This document shows, one piece after another, positions 46,123-54,500 of a stretch of 64,000 nucleotides of DNA. Each line of letters begins with the position of its first letter. Positions within the stretch are counted from its first letter, which is position 1. A model generated the notes under the pieces. It did not search any database and was not told where the DNA came from. It saw only the letters and a program-made list of their open reading frames with translations. The position numbers and the translations under genes are program-made. The stretch lies in contig JBPOIC010000027.1 of the NCBI GenBank assembly GCA_052034865.1, forward strand, positions 9,923 to 73,922. Reading direction: 5' to 3'. Source of the stretch: Myxococcota bacterium (GTDB lineage Bacteria; UBA10199; JADFYH01).

Positions 46123-47255
46123 AGGATGTTCTCATTTAAGAAACTGATGAGTTCTTTAACCACCAATTTCTTGTTGAGGTTTTTAAATTGCTGGGCTGCT
46201 TTGGGACAGGCAGTCACCAGGGTTTTGACCTCCTGATCCAGCATTTCCTGAGCGGTCCAGTTGGCAATGGTCAGCGAGTGATCCGGAGCAATCATGGGAT
46301 AGCCTCCTCCGGCTCCAGAGCATCGGGCTTCGTGGTGATGACAGGAAAACTCCATCGGCTCTGTACCCGTCACGATCTTTAACATTTCGCGGGGCTCATC
46401 GTACTGCTTTAGGTAGCGGCCCATATAACAGGAGTCATGATAGAAATAATGGGGCCGTGATTTGGGCAAGGATTGAAAGTTTTTTCGTCGCAGATGTTGG
46501 GCGACATATTCCGAAATGGTGGAAATCCGGGCTTTGAGTTTGAGTTTGATTTGTGGATAGACCTCTTTCAGCGTCCAGGCGCACTCGGGGGTTCCCACTA
46601 CAATGAGGCTGTATTTTTTTAAGGATTGATATTGAATCTGGGCCAGTTCTTCAAACTCTGTCCGAAACCCCAGGTTCCAGAGTGAGCAGCCACAGCTTTG
46701 CAAAGGTTCTGCGAAAACGCCCAACTCTTCTACCTTGAGTTTGGTCAGAAGCTCGAGGGTATCTCCGACGCCTGCCGGATTGAGTCCCAATGTATGACAG
46801 CCTGCAAAATAAACCCGTTTTTTGTGAGGGTCGAGCCAGCGAGAGGGCTGGATGGAACCGTCACGATCGTTTATCACCTGCAGGAGTTTTTTTTGAAGGT
46901 CCCGTCCGTAAGGATTGTTGTGAGTTCTGAAGATTTCCTTGAAAGCCAGCACTTCAACGGGAGCGACTTCTTTTGCCACGGCCTTCTCACGCAAGTCGTG
47001 AAGGGCGTCCGAGGGTGAAATTTCGTGTTTGCAAAAACTTTGAGAGGCACGACAGGTAACACAGCGATAGGCGATCTCGGCATTTTCTTCATTTAAAGCC
47101 AGCTCGCCCGCATCTATAAGTTTTGCTGTCTGCTGTTTTCCCCACGGGGTGTAGGCCTCATTTTTTTCAGCCTCGGCCACAGGGCATGAAAAATGGCACA
47201 TTTTAGGACAGTAGGTGCAAAAATCAGTCGATTTTTTATGTTCGGGGTTTAGCAT
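46119..47255 (-). CDS. (Fe-S)-binding protein with two CCG-type domains (GlcF/GlpC/HdrD-like)
   Basis: CTYCPKMCHFSCP and CVTCRASQSFC clusters. FAGC...SCGCS and DSCY...RCSGAGGG CCG-like motifs. Confidence 0.85.
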   Translation of the reverse strand: MLNPEHKKSTDFCTYCPKMCHFSCPVAEAEKNEAYTPWGKQQTAKLIDAGELALNEENAEIAYRCVTCRASQSFCKHEISPSDALHDLREKAVAKEVAPVEVLAFKEIFRTHNNPYGRDLQKKLLQVINDRDGSIQPSRWLDPHKKRVYFAGCHTLGLNPAGVGDTLELLTKLKVEELGVFAEPLQSCGCSLWNLGFRTEFEELAQIQYQSLKKYSLIVVGTPECAWTLKEVYPQIKLKLKARISTISEYVAQHLRRKNFQSLPKSRPHYFYHDSCYMGRYLKQYDEPREMLKIVTGTEPMEFSCHHHEARCSGAGGGYPMIAPDHSLTIANWTAQEMLDQEVKTLVTACPKAAQQFKNLNKKLVVKELISFLNENIL

Positions 47256-48019
47256 AAACAGTTGAGAATCTCCTCTTCCACAATCCTGGTAGCGTCATCG
47301 GAAAGCAAAAGTTGTAGCCCTCCCCAGGCAGGATCCGGAAGATTTTTACGAAGCAATTTAAACAGATAATTTTGCGCCCGAGGGCTGTCTATCTTTTGAA
47401 AAGAATTTCCCTGCAGGACATCATCCAGCTCCTGCTCACAAGCTCCCAGCTCGCGGCGGGATCCCGCCCATTCAAGGGCCAGCATCCAATTCGAAGGAAG
47501 ATCTGCCGGATAATTTTTAAGATCCTGTTTGGCAAATCGGCCAAAAGCACGGGGAATTAATTCGCGACGGGTCAAGAAGCGCTCAAAAGAATTGCTCGCC
47601 TGAAGAGTATCGAAAAAAACAGTGATGTAGAGAGTTTGAGCAGGGATTTTAAAGATTTTAAAAGTCGCCTGGGTCATTTTTCCCAAACGGCTTTTGGTTC
47701 CAAGGATCAAGTTTTTCCAGTTCGGGCCTGTGGCTTTTCGAGGAGCAAGGAAAGGATGAAACTCAATCCCTTTTTTTCCTTCAAGAATGAGCGACACGCA
47801 CAGCTCGGAAAGCTCGCCATAAAAACCGCTGTAGAGATTTTTAAGGTTTTGTCCCAGAACATCTTTTACCTTCTCTTCCTGATTTTTTTTCTTGGGAATT
47901 GAAGAAGGCGAATAAAATCCCAGGGTATACCCCTGATGATTGAGCTTTTTTTCAAACTGCTGCCAAGGCATCTCGGCATCGACGGTAACCAGATGAGAAA
48001 TGGAATCAATTTCAAACAT
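47249..48019 (-). CDS. GlcE-like degenerate FAD-binding (PCMH) subunit, apparently 5'-truncated
   Basis: Starts at the ...FEIDSISHLVTVDAEMPWQQFEKKLNHQGYTL segment, which normally lies mid-domain. 7-nt overlap with the downstream gene. Confidence 0.6.
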   Translation of the reverse strand: MFEIDSISHLVTVDAEMPWQQFEKKLNHQGYTLGFYSPSSIPKKKNQEEKVKDVLGQNLKNLYSGFYGELSELCVSLILEGKKGIEFHPFLAPRKATGPNWKNLILGTKSRLGKMTQATFKIFKIPAQTLYITVFFDTLQASNSFERFLTRRELIPRAFGRFAKQDLKNYPADLPSNWMLALEWAGSRRELGACEQELDDVLQGNSFQKIDSPRAQNYLFKLLRKNLPDPAWGGLQLLLSDDATRIVEEEILNCLC

Positions 48020-48176
48020 AATTTTTTAAAAACAGAGCGAGTTTTTCCCTCGCCTGTATGAAAATACCTTGCATTAAAACGTCAGATTCAGAAGGAATCT
48101 TAAGGAACTCACGAAGATTTTCATGCAATCCTTGTAAAAAAACATCCGTATAACTGTGCGATTTAGCCCTCGGAAT
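48012..48176 (-). pseudogene. out-of-frame upstream continuation of the GlcE-like gene (decayed N-terminal FAD-binding half?)
   Basis: My translation of the shifted frame: IPRAKSHSYTDVFLQGLHENLREFLKIPSESDVLMQGIFIQAREKLALFLKNYV*. It meets the 48019 ATG at a T5A6 run. Confidence 0.3.
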
Positions 48177-48268
48177 CTACGTTCTTTCAAGAAAATCAGG
48201 TCCTTTCAAAACGGATCAGTTGATTGCAGGCTCATCGCAAAACCTCGCCCACCCTCCATCTTACATAC

Positions 48269-49804
48269 TCAAAGCCCCAGTTTTCCTGGATTTAAAATTC
48301 CGTTCGGATCAAGGGTCTGTTTAGCTTTTTTAAGCCATTCATGCAAAGGCCCTAACTCATGCACAAAGGCCTCTGCCTTAAGGGAGCCAATCCCATGGTG
48401 ATGACTGACGGTTCCTCCACTTTCCAGGCAGGCACTCAAGGCCTTGTCCCAGACACGGCGGTGCAGCTTGAGACTTTCCTCTTCGGTCGGGGCATAGCCG
48501 ACGAATGTAAAATAAATCGAGCAGCCATCGTTGTAGGCGTGGGAGAAATGGGCCATGACCAGGACATCACCCTGCAGGGCCCTGCGAATTCCATCATAAA
48601 GATTTGGAAGCAGTTTCCAGGAGGCAGCGACTTCCATCGTATCGGCAAATAGTCCCCAATCAAGCACCGGAGACATCTTATAAGAAACGCTATAGCGGCG
48701 CCTGAGCCAATCCAGCCCGGGTTTTTTTCCTAAAAATTCGCCCCCCTGTTCTTCGCAGACTTTCATGACCTGAGGGACTTCGTAGTGCACTTTCCATTCA
48801 GTTCCTTCAAAACCCAAGATCAGAAGAGATTGAGAAAAAGAAAGGTCAATCAGACGGTTGAGCCGCTGAACCTGCGAAAAAGCGGCTTTGATCGAATTGA
48901 TTTTTAAAAATTTTACACTCGATTTTATGGATGAAGGGATGAGATCGAAAAAACGTTGGGTGATGGAGCCTTCGTCGGGATCGCCGTGAGTGGAGAAGAG
49001 AAATGAGTCGAGCGGATCGTAAAGGCGGACTACGGCTGGGCGCAGGCCCATCTGCATAAACCGGCGAATAGCCTGGGTTCCCTGGGCAACACTTGAAAAT
49101 TGGTAAGCAATAAACCGCTGGCTTTCTGGCTGGGGATGAATCGCGAGGGTCGCTTCGGTCATCGCACCCAATGTTCCTTCGGAGCCAACAAAAAGCTCTT
49201 TCAAATCGAATTTTTCAGAGGCACCCACATTGAGAAGTCTGCCATCTGCCAGGCAGACTTTAAAGCTTCGGACCATATCCTCAATCTTGCCATACTTGGT
49301 GGAAAGCTGACCGGCCGAGCGACAGGCAAGATATCCTCCGAGGGTGGCGGTATAGATGGAGGAAGGAAAATGGCCGAGAGTGTAGCCGGCCACATTGAGT
49401 TTACGCTCTAAAATTTCTCCCATGATCCCCGCCTGGGCCGTGACTGTCAGGGCTTCGGGATCGATGGATAGAATCTGATCCATGCGTTTCAAATCGAGAA
49501 TGATTCCGCCTTTGACGGGGATCGTCCCTCCGCACACTCCGGATCCTGCGCCATAAGGTATGACCGGAATTTTCTTTTCATTGGCGTATTTTAAAACCTC
49601 ACAAACTTCCTCAGAATTTTCAGGCCACACGATGACATCGGGTGCGTGACGCAAATGACCGGCTCGAATTTCGATCAGGGCAGGGGTTGAGCTGTCGCGA
49701 CCATAGGCGATGCGGTCAACTTCACGCACAGAAACCCAGCGCTCGCCACAAATCTTGCTCAGCTCCGAAACGATATTTTTGGGTAGATAAGAATTTGAAA
49801 TCAC
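48269..49804 (-). CDS. FAD-linked oxidase, alkyl-DHAP synthase (AGPS)-like
   Basis: VIPYGAGSGVCGG FAD-binding region. C-terminal GGTVSHHHGIGSLK...LDPNGILNPGKL carries a His-His-His loop rather than the GEHG(I/V)G of GlcD. Confidence 0.8.
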   Translation of the reverse strand: MISNSYLPKNIVSELSKICGERWVSVREVDRIAYGRDSSTPALIEIRAGHLRHAPDVIVWPENSEEVCEVLKYANEKKIPVIPYGAGSGVCGGTIPVKGGIILDLKRMDQILSIDPEALTVTAQAGIMGEILERKLNVAGYTLGHFPSSIYTATLGGYLACRSAGQLSTKYGKIEDMVRSFKVCLADGRLLNVGASEKFDLKELFVGSEGTLGAMTEATLAIHPQPESQRFIAYQFSSVAQGTQAIRRFMQMGLRPAVVRLYDPLDSFLFSTHGDPDEGSITQRFFDLIPSSIKSSVKFLKINSIKAAFSQVQRLNRLIDLSFSQSLLILGFEGTEWKVHYEVPQVMKVCEEQGGEFLGKKPGLDWLRRRYSVSYKMSPVLDWGLFADTMEVAASWKLLPNLYDGIRRALQGDVLVMAHFSHAYNDGCSIYFTFVGYAPTEEESLKLHRRVWDKALSACLESGGTVSHHHGIGSLKAEAFVHELGPLHEWLKKAKQTLDPNGILNPGKLGL

Positions 49805-50141
49805 GGGAATTTATGCCCTGATCCTGTCAGACCCTCATTTTAGCCTGATGGATCATAAGGCTATTGGAATGATCGTATGAATGGAAATGATTTAATGAGA
49901 GATAAGATTAATAGCAAGTCGAAATACGGACGTGTAACCTAACATGGGGTGAAGAGTGCAACGTAGGAAGTGAGTGAAGCGAGGAGCTTAAGCCTAGAGG
50001 ACATTTTCCCGTTGATCAAAGCAGTCTGGTTGGATGAAAAAGAAGTTTAAGTGTTTTTAGAGGTCGTTTAAATCCCGCGTGTATGTAATCAACAGAAAAG
50101 GCGTTCTGTGGGTTCCAAATTGAATCCTATATGATTTCACT

Positions 50142-50543
50142 ATGAGCCAGATTCTCTATCCAGTTTTCGAAAAAGTTATCGACTACTCCCTTAAAACAAC
50201 GGGAGAGTTCATTGCCGCATATATTGAAGAGCTCGAGGAGTTGGCTGAGCGTCTTCAAACAAAGTCGTTGAGTGAATTCAGCAGCTTTTCTGATGAAGAG
50301 GTGGCGGCCTTGCTGGAAAGTGGTGATTTGGATCCTGACGAAGTTTCAAATATTCCTCAAGGAGAATGGTTTTCAGCCGAGCAGGGAGTGCAAACTCTCG
50401 CCTTGCTTCTCACCCAGTTGTCTCAAGAATCTTCAACCGAGGATAATTTTATGAGCGGTGTTATCAATGAACTTCAAGATCTCAAAAAGGCACTGGAGGA
50501 GGCTTCACAAGAGGGCATTCGGTTTCATCTCAGAATGTCCTGA
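50142..50543 (+). CDS. small acidic hypothetical protein
   Basis: 133-aa ORF, helical and acidic. No family recognised. Confidence 0.5.
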   Translation: MSQILYPVFEKVIDYSLKTTGEFIAAYIEELEELAERLQTKSLSEFSSFSDEEVAALLESGDLDPDEVSNIPQGEWFSAEQGVQTLALLLTQLSQESSTEDNFMSGVINELQDLKKALEEASQEGIRFHLRMS

Positions 50544-50612
50544 TTTTTCTTTTTCTCACTCACCTCAAAAGCGACTTTCATCGTGATAAAAATCCAAACA
50601 GGATAGACGATC

Positions 50613-51101
50613 ATGATTTCAGGTCATGAAAACATCGCAAAATTATTTTCTGTTTTTCATGATGGAGGCATTGCCGATCATCTAACCAAAGAAAAAGATC
50701 TCATCCTGACTGTAGAAATTTTATACCTCGCCCAAAGAATACATCCTTCCTTTAAAAAATTTTACTTAACCTTAAAGCAGCCCCAAAAGATCCAGTTCAT
50801 CCCATGGCGCATTGATCTTGCACAAAAACCTGTGCCTATTCTCGAGCTCAAAAAAATCTTCGAGCCTGATCTGGATATTCTGGAGGGTCAGTTGCAAGAT
50901 GACCTGGTTCAGGTCGTGTGCAACCAACTTTCAGCGGGCTACGACTATTGCGGTGGCGTTCTTTCTTTCAAAACAGAAGGGGTAGATGTTCAGGATGAAG
51001 CAGGAAAGAGATATTCTTTAGAGGAGCTTACACGGCTTAGCGAAGCGTATTGGAAAGATTGGGAGAAAAGAGACAATTCCGCATTAATGACGGAGAAGTG
51101 A
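50613..51101 (+). CDS. hypothetical protein
   Basis: 162-aa ORF, 69 nt downstream of the previous one on the same strand. Confidence 0.5.
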   Translation: MISGHENIAKLFSVFHDGGIADHLTKEKDLILTVEILYLAQRIHPSFKKFYLTLKQPQKIQFIPWRIDLAQKPVPILELKKIFEPDLDILEGQLQDDLVQVVCNQLSAGYDYCGGVLSFKTEGVDVQDEAGKRYSLEELTRLSEAYWKDWEKRDNSALMTEK

Positions 51102-51512
51102 ATATTTCGCAAACGAGAGAAAGGGAAGGATAAGCCAGAATATTTCCTGCTTCTCATGGCGAAGAGGGTGGGTTTTAAATCTGGTTGGGGGATGGTTAAA
51201 AAATGAAAACCATACTTACAACTAAAGGCTAAGGTTCAATTAAATACATTTAATACTGTATTCCACTTCCCTAAAACCCAAAACTCCACCCTTCCATCCC
51301 CTACACTAATCGATAGTCAGCAACTTCTACCGCTCAACCATCCATCCAGCATTCTTGACATTTCCTACTGTGGGAAGTGAGTTTAATAAAAATATTTTTG
51401 AAAAAGGGATGGTGGAAGTCTTACTCCAGAGATAACGGGCAGAAGGAATACCTCATATTAAATTTGACCCATCATTAAAGTAAAAAAATTGGATTTAAAG
51501 AAAGGAAAATCT

Positions 51513-51896
51513 ATGGAAAAACGCGAAAAGAATAACATGGTAGGATGGTTTGAAATTTACGTAAACGATATGGGCCGTGCGAAAAAATTTTATGAATCCG
51601 TTTTTAGCACCAGGCTCGATAAATTGGAAAATCAAGAGACCGAGATGTGGTCTTTTCCAGGAAACATGAATCAATACGGTGCTCCAGGAGCGCTCGTTAA
51701 AATGCCAGGATTTCCTGCGGGCAAAAACAGCGTGCTTGTCTACTTTTCTTGCGAGAACTGCGCAGATGAAGAAAAGCGCGTCACTGAGTTTGGTGGACGT
51801 GTGGAAAAAGGCAAGTTCTCCATCGGTCAGTACGGATTCATCTCTCTGGTTTATGACACCGAGGGAAACATGTTCGGGCTTCATTCTCTTAAATAA
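51513..51896 (+). CDS. VOC (glyoxalase/bleomycin-resistance) family protein
   Basis: VGWFEIYVNDMGRAKKFYESVF...GFISLVYDTEGNMFGLHS. The start could also be 51537. Confidence 0.8.
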   Translation: MEKREKNNMVGWFEIYVNDMGRAKKFYESVFSTRLDKLENQETEMWSFPGNMNQYGAPGALVKMPGFPAGKNSVLVYFSCENCADEEKRVTEFGGRVEKGKFSIGQYGFISLVYDTEGNMFGLHSLK

Positions 51897-52100
51897 ATCT
51901 ACGAGAGAATGGGCCAATCGATAGTGTTTGATCTTCCTGCGGTCGGTTCGCCTGACTCAAGAGCTAGACTGCCTTCAGCTCTCAGTTCTGAATGTCGACC
52001 TCAACCAATTGAGAAGGCAGATCCAAAGATTCCTGCCCGCCTAAACAGCAAATCTACGAGGGGATCGTTGCGAAAGGCCTCGGCGCAAAGCTCATAACTG

Positions 52101-52475
52101 ATGAAACCAAAAAAATTTAAAAATATAGATGAATATCTGAGTCATCTACCGAAAGACCAACTCAAGAAGGCTATCGAGCTCAGAACGATTCTTCAGAGCG
52201 CGATGCCAGAAGCAGAAGAAGTCATCAGCTACAACATGCCGGCGTATCGTTATAATGGCATTCTAGTATATTTTAGCTCATATGCGAATCATCTGGGGTT
52301 TTATCCAACCTCCAGCGGAGTGGAGGCCTTTCGTCCTCAGCTTGAGAAATACAAAATTGGAAAAGGATCGATTCAGTTTCCTTTAACCGCTCCGTTACCT
52401 GAAAAACTAATTACTAAGATTTGTCGGTTCAGATTCCGACAGATGAAAGAAAAGAAAAAGAAGGTAAAGGGATAG
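52101..52475 (+). CDS. DUF1801 (YdhG-like) domain protein
   Basis: IDEYLSHLPKDQ...ISYNMPAYRYNGILVYFSSYANHLGFYP...KGSIQFPL. Confidence 0.8.
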   Translation: MKPKKFKNIDEYLSHLPKDQLKKAIELRTILQSAMPEAEEVISYNMPAYRYNGILVYFSSYANHLGFYPTSSGVEAFRPQLEKYKIGKGSIQFPLTAPLPEKLITKICRFRFRQMKEKKKKVKG

Positions 52476-52514
52476 GAATATTTTTCATATTCCAGAATGG
52501 GGCACAGGAAACAT

Positions 52515-53522
52515 CTACATCACCGGTTGGGTTTCGCTGGTTTTTCCCAACTGGAACTGATTCACCGCCGCCCGATGTTCTTCGTAGGTGCGCGAGAACT
52601 GGTGGGTGCCGTTTCCACGGCTGACAAAATAAAGATAATCGGTAGTGGCGGGATTGAGTGCGGCAAGAATGCTTTTTAGCCCAGGATTGGCGATGGGCGT
52701 GGGAGGAAGACCCGCGCGGCGATAGGTGTTGTAGGGACCATCGCGATCCAGATCGACGCGGCGCAAATTCCCATCGAAATTTTCAACTCCGTAAATCACA
52801 CTCGGATCGGTCGCCAACGGAATGCCCTGTTTTAAACGATTGTAAAAAACACTCGCCACCAGCGGGCGTTCCTCATCTTTCGAGGTTTCTTTTTCAATTA
52901 AAGAGGCAAGGATGAGAATTTGATAAGGGGTCATTCCCTGCTCTTGAGCGCGTGAGCGAAGTGAATCGGTAAAATGGCTTTTAAAATTTTTCACCATGAG
53001 ATGAATGATTTCATCCGCACTCATGTCGCGGGTGTACTCGTAGGTATCCGGAAACAAATAGCCCTCCAGTATTTTTCCCTCGAGTTTTTCTTTAACCATC
53101 AGATCGGCGCGACGACACTTCGCCAAAAACTCAGCTGCGCTTCCCAATCCTTTGGATTCTAAAAGACGCGCAATCTCTGAAAGGTTGTATCCTTCCGGAA
53201 TGGTAAAAGTTCGCCGAATTCGATCGCCGCGAATCAACTGGGTTGCGATACTCTCAGGAGTCGATTGCGGCTGGATTTGATATTCTCCTGCCTTCAAGCC
53301 CTTTCCTACCTGCCGATATCGAAAATAGATCTGAAGCAAACGCGGTGAATCAGTGAGACCATTTTTTTCCAGTTCAGCAATTACTCCCTGAACGCCCATG
53401 CCGCGCTGAACCTCTAAAATCGACTCTTTGCCGACAGGATGATTGGGAAAGGTGAGGGCTTCGTAGGCGATGAATCCGACGAGGGCAAAAATGAAAATCA
53501 GGAAGAGATATTTTAATTTCAT
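52515..53522 (-). CDS. mltG: endolytic murein transglycosylase
   Basis: YceG-like: N-terminal TM, FTIPEGYN, ASLIEKET, PPTPIANPG. ATG at 53522. Confidence 0.9.
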   Translation of the reverse strand: MKLKYLFLIFIFALVGFIAYEALTFPNHPVGKESILEVQRGMGVQGVIAELEKNGLTDSPRLLQIYFRYRQVGKGLKAGEYQIQPQSTPESIATQLIRGDRIRRTFTIPEGYNLSEIARLLESKGLGSAAEFLAKCRRADLMVKEKLEGKILEGYLFPDTYEYTRDMSADEIIHLMVKNFKSHFTDSLRSRAQEQGMTPYQILILASLIEKETSKDEERPLVASVFYNRLKQGIPLATDPSVIYGVENFDGNLRRVDLDRDGPYNTYRRAGLPPTPIANPGLKSILAALNPATTDYLYFVSRGNGTHQFSRTYEEHRAAVNQFQLGKTSETQPVM

Positions 53523-53579
53523 GGAATTCCTTTTGTGTTCGATGGATTGGGAGAAAATATCTGCACTCAAGATTTCCTT

Positions 53580-54047
53580 CTAACTTCTGAAGTCTGGATT
53601 CTGTCTTCTTCCCTCGTCCTTCTCCGTTCTCATCCTTTCCAGAAAATCCTCGAGAATCAAACACGCCGCCAGCGCATCGACATTCTGTTTTCGTTTTTTT
53701 CCTTTCAGCCCGTACTCGGTCAGACGATCTTCAGCCTCCCAGCTGGTCAGCCTTTCATCGCACCATTCAATGCAAAGATTCAGATTTTCCTGGCGAAGTT
53801 TTTTTTCGAGCTGATCGATGAATTGTCGCACTTTTTTGACCTGGGTACTTTCGGATCCATCCATATTTAAGGGAAGTCCCACGACGATTCCGTGCACATT
53901 CAAATCGCGGATCGCTTCTAGGATAAATTGAAGATCGGCCTGCAATTCTTTGCGGTAAAGGGTTTCGCGCGGGCACACCACGCTTGCCTCGTTAAAGGCA
54001 AGCCCAACGCGTTTTTGCCCGACATCGAGTGATAACCATCGTTTCAT
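53580..54047 (-). CDS. ruvX: Holliday junction resolvase-like nuclease YqgF
   Basis: LSLDVGQKRVGLA, VVGLPLNMDGS, DERLTS. Confidence 0.9.
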   Translation of the reverse strand: MKRWLSLDVGQKRVGLAFNEASVVCPRETLYRKELQADLQFILEAIRDLNVHGIVVGLPLNMDGSESTQVKKVRQFIDQLEKKLRQENLNLCIEWCDERLTSWEAEDRLTEYGLKGKKRKQNVDALAACLILEDFLERMRTEKDEGRRQNPDFRS

Positions 54048-54135
54048 TTTTCGATATTAATCGGAGGAGAAATCGCTGTATAGAAAATTTCAGGCATTTT
54101 GTGTTTCCTCATCTTCATTAAACGAAAGGACTCCC

Positions 54136-54462
54136 ATGACTCAGCCCCAGTTTTTAGATGATGTTAAAGTCGACGTGAAAGCGAATGTTTATTTCGAGGG
54201 AAAGGTCGTCAGTCATTCGGTGACCGACAAACAAGGTCATAAAAAAACCCTCGGTCTGATTTATCCAGGATCCTACACTTTCAACACTCAAAAACCGGAG
54301 ATCATGCAGATCACTTCAGGCGCGTGTGAGGTTCAAATTGCTGGGTGTGAGAAAACGAAGATAAAGGCTGGCGAAGAATTTCAGGTTCCTGGCCAATCTT
54401 CTTTCGAGATTAGCGTATCCGAAGGAATTGCCGAATATCTTTGTATTTTTGTGGAGGCGTAA
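54136..54462 (+). CDS. ppnP: pyrimidine/purine nucleoside phosphorylase (DUF1255)
   Basis: ANVYFEGKVVSH...G.I.PG.Y.F.T...E.M.I.SG pattern. 108 aa. Confidence 0.8.
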   Translation: MTQPQFLDDVKVDVKANVYFEGKVVSHSVTDKQGHKKTLGLIYPGSYTFNTQKPEIMQITSGACEVQIAGCEKTKIKAGEEFQVPGQSSFEISVSEGIAEYLCIFVEA

Positions 54463-54500
54463 GGTTTCCAAAGTTTTGGCAAACAAGCTCCATCCTCTTT

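Noticed and set aside
51102-51488. Complementary G-rich and C-rich blocks (GGGTGGGTTTTA.., ..CCACCCTTCCATCCCC) considered as a structured ncRNA
   Set aside because: The complementary blocks occur in the same order rather than mirrored order, so they cannot form one hairpin. No known RNA motif was recognised.
51495-51917. 140-aa minus-strand ORF
   Set aside because: It is antisense to the VOC/glyoxalase-family gene, which matches a known family.
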